This document shows, in pieces, positions 29,172-38,648 of a DNA stretch of 64,000 nt (positions are counted from its first letter, which is position 1; each line of letters starts with the position of its first letter). Made by a program: the position numbers and the translations under genes. The stretch covers positions 64,001 through 128,000 of the forward strand of contig JAVRCV020000034.1 in assembly GCA_034530615.2 (NCBI GenBank), written 5' to 3'. This DNA is from Aulosira sp. ZfuVER01. Lineage in GTDB: Bacteria; Cyanobacteriota; Cyanobacteriia; Cyanobacteriales; Nostocaceae. Under the pieces are notes generated by a model. It ran no database searches. It had not been told where the DNA came from and worked only from the letters and a program-made list of their open reading frames with translations.

Positions 29172-30212
29172 TCATTGCAATTCCAACTCAAGCTGATCTA
29201 GTTCATCACCTAGATGAGCTAGTTTTGCCTCTTCATCAAGTAACTGCTGTTCTAATTGAAACTTAACTGCTGTTCCAGCCTCAATTGCTAAAGCTTGGCG
29301 CATCTGCTTGACTTTCTCAGTGCGGAGATTCCATTCTGCTTGTAGTGTATGTAATTTCTGCTGCGATCGCCTGCGTTGTCCGGCCGTTAAACCTAGAGGA
29401 ATGGGGCTATTTTGTCTAGTTGCTGCTTCGCCAGGTAAAAATTTACTCCCACCAGCATAGTAGCAAAGGGGAAAATTATCGCCCAAATCCAGCACCTTAT
29501 TCACAAATGGGTGTTGTGGCCCCGAAGCTTTTTTCGGTACTTGGTCAAATAAGTACACTAAAATATCAAGAATCCGAGCATAGCCATCTTGATTAAACGC
29601 AGCTTTACCTTGCAAAGCTTCTAACAAGCAATCGGTAAAAGCACTATAAGGTTGACCCGTGTAAGAATATTCATCTTCTCGTGAAGAAGCAACCACAACC
29701 CGACCGCTTCCCGTTCCCAGCACATTCAACAGTTCTGGCGGTAAGGGTGATTTCACAAACACTTCCCCTGGTTCCTTTAAAGCTGGAACGCCGCCAGCGT
29801 GACAGCAATCTAACAAAACTACCAACTTCCGCGCTGTAATTGCTTCAATTTTTTGGGTAAATTCTAAACCCGATATCGCTGTACTAATCCGTTGGCTGGG
29901 GTCGTAACCATAAGGTACAAGGAAGTATTCATTGGTGCGCTTGATGCGTCCACCGTGACCAGAGTAATAAATGATGACAGTTGCATCAGGATTTTGATTG
30001 ACTTGGGAGATGATTTGGTCAAAAGCTCCGAGGATATTTTGCCTAGTTGCTGCGGTTTCGGTTAGCAGCGTCACCTGTGCTGGTGGATAAGCAGCGCGAT
30101 TTGGGTCAACCAGTACATCTCGTAAGGCGGTTGCATCTTTGACAGTAACAGCTAAATCTGCGCCTACGCCAATGAGTAATGCATAACCGTTGGAGAAAGT
30201 TGCGTTTGTCAT
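29172..30212 (-). CDS. Caspase-family (peptidase C14, metacaspase) protein with C-terminal helical domain
   Basis: YALLIGV, YYSGHG (His), LLDCCHAG (Cys); C-terminal ~65-aa coiled hairpin. Confidence 0.88.
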   Translation of the reverse strand: MTNATFSNGYALLIGVGADLAVTVKDATALRDVLVDPNRAAYPPAQVTLLTETAATRQNILGAFDQIISQVNQNPDATVIIYYSGHGGRIKRTNEYFLVPYGYDPSQRISTAISGLEFTQKIEAITARKLVVLLDCCHAGGVPALKEPGEVFVKSPLPPELLNVLGTGSGRVVVASSREDEYSYTGQPYSAFTDCLLEALQGKAAFNQDGYARILDILVYLFDQVPKKASGPQHPFVNKVLDLGDNFPLCYYAGGSKFLPGEAATRQNSPIPLGLTAGQRRRSQQKLHTLQAEWNLRTEKVKQMRQALAIEAGTAVKFQLEQQLLDEEAKLAHLGDELDQLELELQ

Positions 30213-30491
30213 ACCCTGTTTAGTTGTGGTGTTGAATGCGTAGCTGCTTCGCAGCTTATGGTTAGAGTTCGCCTTTTATACTCTATAACTTGAGGGCAGA
30301 CCTCGCGCTCAATCTTATTGATGTACTGGTATAAATAGTAAGCATATAACAACTTGTCCTGGCTACACAGGAAAGCGATCTCCTTTTGCTTTTTCTAATC
30401 AATTGGCCATACTTTTGCGAGATTTAGTTTATATAGTTACTTCAAGCAGTAATTTACCATTTCCAGATCCAAGTGTTACCAGGCGCCTAAA

Positions 30492-30524
30492 AGATTCCCG
30501 GCTTCTTGAAAAAGCCGGGAATCT
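30492..30524. repeat. Palindromic dispersed repeat / hairpin
   Basis: AGATTCCCGGCTT / AAGCCGGGAATCT, perfect 13-bp arms. Confidence 0.65.
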
Positions 30525-30725
30525 AAGTATTTCCATTTTTCTTAGTTAAGCTTGCATAAATTATTGATCCCCGACAGATAAATATACAGGTTGGATGATT
30601 TAACTTTTTTACACATTATGAAGAGCTTGGGTTTGATCCCAATCATCGCGAATCCGATCGATGCATGAATAGCATTTCATTCTTACCAACCTGAATCAAG
30701 TTTATCTATATACAAAGAGAATATT

Positions 30726-31484
30726 ATGTTAGCTAACAACACTGATGAAGTTATCCAGTACTTAGACACTATTATTGCCGAAGCTATAGAAGAACGTAGC
30801 CGCAGAGGATTTTTTGCTGCACTCTATCGTCAAGTAACGTTGAAAGTAAAGATAGGTATTAAACATGGCTTTTTTGACGATGCAGTCAGAATGGAGGAAT
30901 TCACTACGCAATTTGCTAATCGTTACTTTCGTGCTTGGGATGATTACCAAAAAAATATTAAATCAACCCAAAGTTGGCAAATGACATTCGACGCAGTACA
31001 AAAACCAGAGTTACTAATTGTGCAACACTTACTGTTGGCTATTAACGCTCATATTAATTTAGATCTGGGTATTGTAGCTGCCGAACTTTGCCCTGGTGAT
31101 AAATTACAAACTCTACAAGATGACTTTATTAAAATCAACGCCATCCTGATTGATTTGCTTGAGCCTGTCGAGTTGGTTCTTGGGCAAATGTCACCTCTAA
31201 TTGAAATTCTGGATAAGTTTGGCGGCAAAAAAGATGAAATTATCTTCAATTTTAGTATTCGTAAAGCTCGTCAGGAAGCTTGGAATAATGCGAAAATTTT
31301 GGCTTATCAAACCCCTAATGTACAACAAGCTATCATCAAAATAATTGATAGTAAGGTAGCATTTCTAGGTCGCGCGATCGCTAATCCTAGCCGTAGCTTT
31401 GATAAAGCGCTCGACTTGATTAAAAAATCGGAGAGTGATGATATTATTACTATTATCAAGGCTCTAAATAGTATTGTTGATTGA
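30726..31484 (+). CDS. DUF5995-like protein
   Basis: FAALY..VT, FANRYF..W and LLAINAHINLDL motifs. Confidence 0.75.
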   Translation: MLANNTDEVIQYLDTIIAEAIEERSRRGFFAALYRQVTLKVKIGIKHGFFDDAVRMEEFTTQFANRYFRAWDDYQKNIKSTQSWQMTFDAVQKPELLIVQHLLLAINAHINLDLGIVAAELCPGDKLQTLQDDFIKINAILIDLLEPVELVLGQMSPLIEILDKFGGKKDEIIFNFSIRKARQEAWNNAKILAYQTPNVQQAIIKIIDSKVAFLGRAIANPSRSFDKALDLIKKSESDDIITIIKALNSIVD

Positions 31485-31833
31485 ACCTATTACAAACGTA
31501 AGTATGGTGGGTAATTCCCACCATAAATGGATTTTTATTAGCAATAGCTACCCTATAGGATTATTACTTTTATGCCAAAGTTTTAGAATTCCTGTAATAC
31601 TCTACATTCATATAGCACACTAATAAAATTGGTATAAGTCTAAACATCAATAATGTCTGCGTGTATAAAAAGATATTTAAACGCTGCAAATAGTTTGGCA
31701 CAAATCTTTAATTCCAATGTCAGCAAAAATCAACATACTAGATTGGTTAATGCATGATTATTTTTGGCTAAAGCATAGTTTAGCAAAGGATTTACAGACC
31801 TGACATTTATTATCTTACTAGCGTAATGTAAGC

Positions 31834-31862
31834 GCGATACCTACGGTAAACTACGCGAACGC
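31834..31862 (+). mobile_element. 21-nt small dispersed repeat inserted in a HIP1 site
   Basis: GCGAT-[ACCTACGGTAAACTACGCGAA]-CGC. Confidence 0.7.
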
Positions 31863-31996
31863 TTGACAAACATTTGTAGAAAATACTTTGCTGTTTTATT
31901 ACACAGGAGACTAAAAATTAAAAAAAAAGTATTTATATGCAGTTTGAAGTTAATTACCTGTATGTTTGTTGTGTTTAACAATGCACAAACAAATTT

Positions 31997-32848
31997 ATGA
32001 ATCTTAATGAAATTGGTCAGGTTATTGCTCAACTGTTGACGCAGTTTGGGCTGAAGCTGATAGGTGCTATTTTATTGTGGATTATCGCCCAGCGATTGAT
32101 TGACTTTGGGCTGAAATTAGTACGACGCGCTTTCCGCAGCCAAAACATTGAGCCAACACTGATTAACTATCTTCTCAATATCATTTCTGTCACACTAAGA
32201 ATTGTTTTAGTTGTGGCAATTCTCGGCTTTTTTGGCGTTGAAACTACCTCTTTTGCCGCATTATTAGCAGCAGCAGGTGTAGCAATTGGTGCCGCCTGGG
32301 GTGGACTGTTGGCGAACTTTGCAGCAGGTGCGTTTTTAATTGTTTTTCGCCCATTTAACGTTGGTGACTTTATCACCGCCGCAGGTGTGACGGGAACCGT
32401 TACAGATATAGGGCTGTTCACAACTAATATCACTACACCTGATAACGTTTTGACGATCGTTGCAAATAATAAAATCTTTTCTGATAATATCCAGAATTTT
32501 TCTGCCAATCCTTACCGTCGAGTCGATCTAGTAGCCCAACTGCATCACACTGTTAATCATAACGATGCGATCGCACGGTTGAAAGCCAAAATCAGCACAA
32601 TCCCTAATGTTCTCGAAAGTCCAGCACCAGATGTAGAGATTATCGAGTTTAATATGGCAGGGCCAGTACTAGCAGTACGTCCTTATTGCAATAATGCGCA
32701 TTATTGGCAAGTTTACTTCGAGACTAATAAAGCTATACGTGAAACCTTTGGCGAAGCAGGGTATCCAGTTCCCGAACATCGTTATTCAGTTAGCAGTTTA
32801 TCACCCAACGGAATCGATCCCATAATTCCAGCATCTATTAATAGTTAA
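31997..32848 (+). CDS. Small-conductance mechanosensitive channel (MscS family)
   Basis: LANFAAG....FRPFNVGD.I, GTV..IGLF.T and RRVDL motifs. Confidence 0.92.
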   Translation: MNLNEIGQVIAQLLTQFGLKLIGAILLWIIAQRLIDFGLKLVRRAFRSQNIEPTLINYLLNIISVTLRIVLVVAILGFFGVETTSFAALLAAAGVAIGAAWGGLLANFAAGAFLIVFRPFNVGDFITAAGVTGTVTDIGLFTTNITTPDNVLTIVANNKIFSDNIQNFSANPYRRVDLVAQLHHTVNHNDAIARLKAKISTIPNVLESPAPDVEIIEFNMAGPVLAVRPYCNNAHYWQVYFETNKAIRETFGEAGYPVPEHRYSVSSLSPNGIDPIIPASINS

Positions 32849-32881
32849 GACTGCGATACAAAGCCAAAGAATATAAATGGA

Positions 32882-32914
32882 AAATTAGGTAAGGTATTTT
32901 GCTTTACCTAATTT
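32882..32914. terminator. Bidirectional terminator between the convergent MscS and UDG genes
   Basis: AAATTAGGTAA / TTACCTAATTT inverted repeat. Confidence 0.6.
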
Positions 32915-32921
32915 GTTTAGG

Positions 32922-33605
32922 CTATTTGCCAAGGTTTCTAATTTCATCGTACTTAGCACACACTGCCTGTATATCTTGCCACATCAACCATTTAGGCCCG
33001 CCGACTTCGCGAGAAGGATTACGCAATAAGTAGGAAGGGTGAAAGATTGGCATACACAAACGTCCTTGCCATTCCATCCACTGTCCGCGAATTTTGGTAA
33101 TACCGCGCTTATCACCAGTTAAACCTTTAACTGCGGTTGCACCTGTTAACAAAATAATTTTTGGGTCAACTAGGCGAATTTGTTCTAATAAGTAAGGCAA
33201 GCAAGCGGCCATTTCTTCAGTAGTAGGAACACGATTCTCTGGGGGGCGGCATTTGTTGATGTTACCGATGTATACATCATTCTCAGTACTGAGATTCACA
33301 GATGCCAAAATCTTCTCTAGTAACTGCCCCGATTTGCCGACAAATGGTAAACCTGTTTCGTCTTCGTGTTGTCCTGGCGCTTCTCCCACAACCATAATTG
33401 GTGCTTTCAGGTTCCCACGTCCAACAACAGCATGAGTGCGGTTATCTCCTAATCCACAACGATGACACTGATTGCAATGCTGTGCCAACTCAGTCATATC
33501 TGAATATGTATTGGCAGGTATGGGAATTTTAGCGTCTGTGGGAATCAGATCTCTTTGGTTAAAGCTTGAATCGTCAAATAGGCTGAGTTGGGTTTCGCTG
33601 CTCAT
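32922..33605 (-). CDS. Uracil-DNA glycosylase, family 4
   Basis: CxxC, GEAPG..ED..G.PFVG, KCRPPENR and HPSYLLR motifs; start trimmed to MSSETQLSLF. Confidence 0.93.
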   Translation of the reverse strand: MSSETQLSLFDDSSFNQRDLIPTDAKIPIPANTYSDMTELAQHCNQCHRCGLGDNRTHAVVGRGNLKAPIMVVGEAPGQHEDETGLPFVGKSGQLLEKILASVNLSTENDVYIGNINKCRPPENRVPTTEEMAACLPYLLEQIRLVDPKIILLTGATAVKGLTGDKRGITKIRGQWMEWQGRLCMPIFHPSYLLRNPSREVGGPKWLMWQDIQAVCAKYDEIRNLGK

Positions 33606-33853
33606 GACAATCTGGAAGTTGGGGTCAATACCACCTGTCTCATTTGACTGCAATACCTCTGCTTTAGGAGATTTTGCAGTCATCAACTGTTGCTGAAAAT
33701 TTTTATTTACAGAAACTTTATTGTATCAGTTGTATTGGTTGATTTCAGCAGCAATTAAACACAGCGTTTTTTAGGTAAATATAAATACCCCTCAAATCCT
33801 TACCAATGACAAATGACAACCCTCACCAGTTAGGTTTGTTTGTGCCGACCGAC

Positions 33854-34978
33854 TTAGTCTAGATCTGTTGTTTGGTATTGCATTGCTTTAGCATAATCGC
33901 CTAAGGCGTAACAAGCAATTCTGAGACTGGCAAGGGCTTGTTCTTGAGTGCGAATGTCTTTAATAGACCGGGCTAAGAGCAAACGTTGTTCATGGTATGT
34001 AATTGCTTTAGAGTAATCACCCAAGGCTTCACAAGCAACTCCTAAACTCCCTAGAGACTGTTCTTCACTTCGCTTGTCTTGAAGTTCTCTAGCTAATTGC
34101 AAACGTTCTTCGTAATAAATAATAGCTTTGGCATAATCACCTAAGGCATAGCAGGAATTACCCAGATTCTTGAGTACATGAACAGCACTACGCAGATTTT
34201 TTAAAGAGCGAGATAAGACTACACACTGTTCATAGTAAGCGATCGCTTTTGGATAATCGTCCAATGCATACCAAGCATTGCCTAGATTCTTGAGTACTTG
34301 TTCCTCACCCCAATGATCTTGGAGTTCTTGGACAATTTCTAAACTTTGTTTTTGGTACTCAATTGCTTGTGTAAAGTTACCCACAGCTTTATAAACCAAA
34401 CCCAGATTATTTAAAGCTGCTACTTGACTGCGCTTATCTTGCTGCTGCTGGGTTAATTTCAAACTATCTTTTAAAAACTGAATGGCTTTGTCATAGTCGT
34501 TGAGGTGGCGATAAGCATTCCCCAAATGAGAAAGCACTTGCATCCGCACCACTAGATCTGAGGTATCCCTCATCATCGAAAGACACTGTTGGCAGTAGGA
34601 AATAGTTTTCTGATAGCTTCCTGAGGCATAAGCTGCTAATGCTAACAAGGAAAGCACTTTTTCCTGTTTGTGGGAATTCCCCACTGCTTGAAACAGTACT
34701 AGCGATTCTTCTAAAGACTTGAGTGCAGCAATTAAATTACCAGCTTGCTGCTGTTTAACTCCTTGCCGCATGAGTTTGGATGCTTCTAATAAGCGATCGT
34801 TACTTCCTTGTGAAACAATTGTTTCTTCTGATAAACCTTGATCAAATTCATGGGCAATGGTATTGCTCTTCCTTAATTTTCCATATTTTGTTGGAGCTTT
34901 TAAGGGATCTGTATTTTTTTCATCTGTAGACATCGACCAATTCCTGTTAAGTTTGGTGATATCTTTTAGTATTCCCAA
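33854..34978 (-). CDS. Tetratricopeptide repeat protein
   Basis: Repeated L.NLG.AY..L.DY.KAI.YY units at 40-aa spacing; start uncertain. Confidence 0.88.
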   Translation of the reverse strand: MGILKDITKLNRNWSMSTDEKNTDPLKAPTKYGKLRKSNTIAHEFDQGLSEETIVSQGSNDRLLEASKLMRQGVKQQQAGNLIAALKSLEESLVLFQAVGNSHKQEKVLSLLALAAYASGSYQKTISYCQQCLSMMRDTSDLVVRMQVLSHLGNAYRHLNDYDKAIQFLKDSLKLTQQQQDKRSQVAALNNLGLVYKAVGNFTQAIEYQKQSLEIVQELQDHWGEEQVLKNLGNAWYALDDYPKAIAYYEQCVVLSRSLKNLRSAVHVLKNLGNSCYALGDYAKAIIYYEERLQLARELQDKRSEEQSLGSLGVACEALGDYSKAITYHEQRLLLARSIKDIRTQEQALASLRIACYALGDYAKAMQYQTTDLD

Positions 34979-35008
34979 AATTCTCAGTAAATCTTGAATG
35001 CAAGTAGT

Positions 35009-35335
35009 CTATTCTTGTCCGATCTCGGCTGTTGAACGATTTATCGGTATTTTATTATTCCAGATTTCTTCAAATTCTGCTTTATTAATCGCAAATTCTT
35101 GGAGATCCTCTTCATTAAATTTTTTATCGCATAACATCCCATAGTTATCTGCTAGGTGGCTGCTATCATAAAACAATATATTACCGTTTTCGTAAATTTC
35201 TATTTGTCTTACGGCATATAAATTATGCCCAACTTCCATCAAGTAAGTGCTAGTACCCCAATCTTCGTATTCACCCCCCAAGGATTCATCCCAAAACCAT
35301 TTGCAATATCTCTTGTTGTTTTTTGAGAGAGACAT
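35009..35335 (-). CDS. Hypothetical acidic protein (DUF6881-like)
   Basis: 108 aa; RQIEIY.NG and EFE.IW motifs; AGGAG RBS. Confidence 0.65.
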   Translation of the reverse strand: MSLSKNNKRYCKWFWDESLGGEYEDWGTSTYLMEVGHNLYAVRQIEIYENGNILFYDSSHLADNYGMLCDKKFNEEDLQEFAINKAEFEEIWNNKIPINRSTAEIGQE

Positions 35336-35622
35336 AATTGCTTTACTCCTACGAGAGATGACTTATTTTTAGTGTTTCGTTATGCAAATATAATTGTTTT
35401 AAGTCTGAGTTAAGATAACTTTAAAAATTAAAGACAGTCAAATATCCTGAAAAGTCTATAAATAGATGTATTAGCTTCACTATCTATCAATAGGCATATT
35501 TCTTCAAGAGAATGGACTAGAGCTTGAAACCGCTTACCCATCAATATCTATTTTAGAACTTTGTTAGAGGCAGTAAACAAGGCAACAATATTATTGTACA
35601 GATTTATTTCAACCTCTGCACT

Positions 35623-36060
35623 TTAGTTAGAGCGCAGTATTTCTCTGACTTCCATTAAAATTATTCCCAACATATTTTTACCACTCCCATCAGATCCACA
35701 ACCCCAATAAAAGTCAATAGGAGAGTTTTCGATGATTTCTTCATTACTTGTGGAAAGTAGAATCTCCTTAATATCTACATGAGTTTCAAATTTCTGTAGT
35801 ACAGCCTTGCGCATAATGTCGTCTTTAACTTGTTCCCAATCTTGGCGCAGAGGACGGCTTCTTTCACGCCCCATTCTAGCTGCATCCTTAGGAGTTTTCA
35901 CTAACCGAATTTGTTCTAAATGTACAGTACCAACAAATTTTTGTGCTTGAAAATAATGTTCACTGGTAGGCCAGTATAATTCATCTAACTCAAAACCGTG
36001 GGGTGAAAAGTTAGAGAAACAGCCATATTCTTCACGAATGTTATAAAAATAAATTGTCAT
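35623..36060 (-). CDS. NADAR (YbiA-like) family protein
   Basis: FSNF, PTSEHYFQAQKF, DW..VK...M, E.SP.D.YWG and GKNMLG.ILMEVR motifs. Confidence 0.92.
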   Translation of the reverse strand: MTIYFYNIREEYGCFSNFSPHGFELDELYWPTSEHYFQAQKFVGTVHLEQIRLVKTPKDAARMGRERSRPLRQDWEQVKDDIMRKAVLQKFETHVDIKEILLSTSNEEIIENSPIDFYWGCGSDGSGKNMLGIILMEVREILRSN

Positions 36061-36288
36061 AGAGTTTATATTTGGTTGCGGTTACTCGCACAAGTTAATA
36101 TTTTCTTCTCGGTTATAAAATTATTTCAATCAGCTTAATTTATCAAGAGACTTAGTTAATTAATTTACATATCTAATATTAATGACTCCACCAAAATCTA
36201 AATATTTTATGAAAAGTTTAGCGGAAAGTGGATGATCTATGGTTGTTTAGCTTGGCTATAAAGGAAAAGTCCACAAAGTTACATATTT

Positions 36289-36639
36289 TTAAGTTTTATG
36301 TTCACTCCCAGCCAATTCTTTGGGTTCATAGTGACGGCATCCCTGACATGGCCCGTCGGGATTGACAGCACAGCGAATATAGCCGGATCTAGCATTAAAT
36401 TTGCAGCTGATATCGCCAACTAAGTAACCTACCCCTTCTAGATAGTAGCGTTCCCCAAAGGAATTGCCGCAGGCATCGCCATCGGCTGGCCTAATAGTTT
36501 GCCTGGATCGCACGCCTGTAAAGTTCATGGCGGCTTGTCTCATTCTTAAACGTGTCCGCAAATGAGTTTTACGGATTACCCACAGGGAAAACAGGGACGG
36601 TAAACAACCAATAACGATCACCACAAGAGTTCTTAACAC
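36289..36639 (-). CDS. DUF6464-like protein
   Basis: N-terminal TM; C-terminal GDISCKFNARSGYIRCAVNPDGPCQGC. Confidence 0.8.
   Translation of the reverse strand: MLRTLVVIVIGCLPSLFSLWVIRKTHLRTRLRMRQAAMNFTGVRSRQTIRPADGDACGNSFGERYYLEGVGYLVGDISCKFNARSGYIRCAVNPDGPCQGCRHYEPKELAGSEHKT
36448..36479 (-). mobile_element. 24-nt small dispersed repeat inserted in-frame in a HIP1 site
   Basis: Plus strand GCG-[TTCCCCAAAGGAATTGCCGCAGGC]-ATCGC. Confidence 0.7.
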
Positions 36640-37010
36640 TTTTTTTGACCTCTTTTATGTGCTGATTAATCTTCCCCGATCTTGCACTATCGTGATTTTC
36701 GTAAGTGCAACTATTAGGGTTGTTTCGCCTTTGCGCCTCGGAAATAAAGTGTTTGCAGACGACAATGGCGTGTGGCATTAACGACTTTGAGAAAGAATGA
36801 TCGACTACCACTTTAATCAGCATAACTTTTACAGTTTATGGGTTGGGCTGTAGTTGCAACTTCATATCTTTAAGATTTGTTGATTAACACTATATTGAAA
36901 ATGGGATATGGGAGAGGCAGTGACGGGTACGCAGGGATCTCCCCAAAACCGCACTACCGTCATGAGGTATGGGAAAGACAGAGACACAGAGGAGAACGAT
37001 TGGTTGTATG

Positions 37011-37625
37011 CTACTGCGATCGCCATTCTTTTTTTCTGCTTTGCTGCCGCAGTTGCTGTGCTAGCTGTGCTGCTTCTCTTTCTGCTTGCAAGATATCTAC
37101 TTTTCGCATTGTGAGCAAAAATGACTCATCTGGCTTTTGTAGGACCCAAGGGACGCTAACTGGTGAATACTGACAAATACTTTTGTATGGCTTGCCTTTC
37201 TCTTGCAGTTTGCTGGCTATAGTCTTCAATTCTAAGATGGATGCTTCTAACTGTGCGGCAATTTGATTGATGCGTTGCGCTTGCACAACTAAACGCTCCC
37301 ATTCATTACCAATATCATCTTCTGGAAATTGCAATGGCGCGATCGCAGTAGTTAGGGTTTGTGTCTGTGAATTTGAAAGGGGTATAGCAAGTGGTTTTTT
37401 ATCGCTGTTTTTGATTTCTCTCATCATTCCTCTCACAAGACTAATTGGCTGTTCAGGCATTTTAACTCCAAAGTAGTATTTTTGTACTATAATTTTTGTA
37501 TCTAAGGTTTGCGCCCAGAAAACCCAGGCTTGCAGAAGCTTTAATGAAACTGACATAAGACATCTCCAAAACCCTAAGTGTGTAGGTAGAGATTTAAATT
37601 TCGGAGAATAGTCTGTGAATACCAA
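37011..37625 (-). CDS. Hypothetical coiled-coil protein
   Basis: ORF with helical C-terminal half (QAQRINQIA..LE; QAEREAAQLAQQLR). True start is probably downstream, e.g. ATG 37460. Confidence 0.6.
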   Translation of the reverse strand: MVFTDYSPKFKSLPTHLGFWRCLMSVSLKLLQAWVFWAQTLDTKIIVQKYYFGVKMPEQPISLVRGMMREIKNSDKKPLAIPLSNSQTQTLTTAIAPLQFPEDDIGNEWERLVVQAQRINQIAAQLEASILELKTIASKLQEKGKPYKSICQYSPVSVPWVLQKPDESFLLTMRKVDILQAEREAAQLAQQLRQQSRKKEWRSQ

Positions 37626-37841
37626 TAGTAAATAGCCTATTAATAATAAAAATAAATGAGGTCACTGAATTAATTATTACCTTTATGCATGACACAGCAG
37701 CCAATTATTAGGGGAAGTTGGAAAAGCTGTGATAAATCATGTGAGCAATTAATAACTAAGTGAAGCGCATAATTATAACTCTATAGGACTAAGCTAGGTA
37801 CAAATCGAAGAACCTTCTTGACTCTTGCCTTTCTAGGCAAT

Positions 37842-38411
37842 TCATTTCAGGAATCCGTTTTGATTCCTATAGTTATTTATTTGATAAGTTCTCCGCCATT
37901 CTTCGAGATTTTCTATACTTACTGATTTAGTTATTACATTCATACCATTACCTCGCCACTCAACTTCGGGATCTGTTGTAAAAACCCCACATTCTAATTG
38001 CTCAGTCCGGATATTCCAATATTCACTAAATCGGCTTTTTAAAGTAATCACTTGCTCAAAAACTTTGTTTCTGTGCTTATTTCTTCTTTTTCTCTCTGTT
38101 GCTCCTGTTGCTTCTGTATCAATAAATTTAGTTTCAATTAAAAACAGATTGCCTTGATTTGTGAGATAAACAAAATCACATTTACCCAAATCAGTGTAAT
38201 CTGCAATTGGTGATTTTTCAAATAACAACAATTCAGAGCAGTAGGGAAATAATTGTTTGAGATTGAGAAATAAATAGGCTTGTAAAAGAAGTTCTTTGTC
38301 ATAGGGAAAAAAAATCACCCCTTCAAAAAATTTCTTGATATCTTCCTGTGTTTGGGGTTGAATTCTTTTACAATATGAGACAAATTTAGTTAGATCATTG
38401 ACGATCATCAA
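37842..38411 (-). CDS. Hypothetical protein with PD-(D/E)xK nuclease-like motif
   Basis: E...Q..., GKCDFVY....LFLIETK and K...Q motif pattern. Confidence 0.6.
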   Translation of the reverse strand: MMIVNDLTKFVSYCKRIQPQTQEDIKKFFEGVIFFPYDKELLLQAYLFLNLKQLFPYCSELLLFEKSPIADYTDLGKCDFVYLTNQGNLFLIETKFIDTEATGATERKRRNKHRNKVFEQVITLKSRFSEYWNIRTEQLECGVFTTDPEVEWRGNGMNVITKSVSIENLEEWRRTYQINNYRNQNGFLK

Positions 38412-38648
38412 GTCTTAGCTCCTTCCCCTGGCTATTGCCTATATGGCATGGCATCAAAAGATACCATTTATTCAAGGAAGATATCATCCGCATAAGTAAC
38501 CAAAAAACAGACTCAATAGCCTTTTATCTCCGGCTATATACTGTTGACGGAGTAGTAAATCTTATGTCAAGCTAATTCAACAATTCTCAGTAATTAAGCT
38601 GTAAAGATAGTCTCTAATAAAACTTAGCTAACTTGTGATTTCCTGGCG

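Noticed and set aside
30238..30262. Third HIP1-splitting element (GCG-TAGCTGCTTCGCAGCTT-ATGG)
   Set aside because: A hairpin is present but the right half of HIP1 is not restored; too degenerate.
31920..31928. A9 run as another slippage site
   Set aside because: Intergenic, with no pair of credible ORFs to join.
36877..37173. Plus-strand ORFs 36877-37173 and 36908-37114
   Set aside because: They overlap the more plausible minus-strand ORF; their hydrophobic or Cys-rich look comes from its antisense codons.
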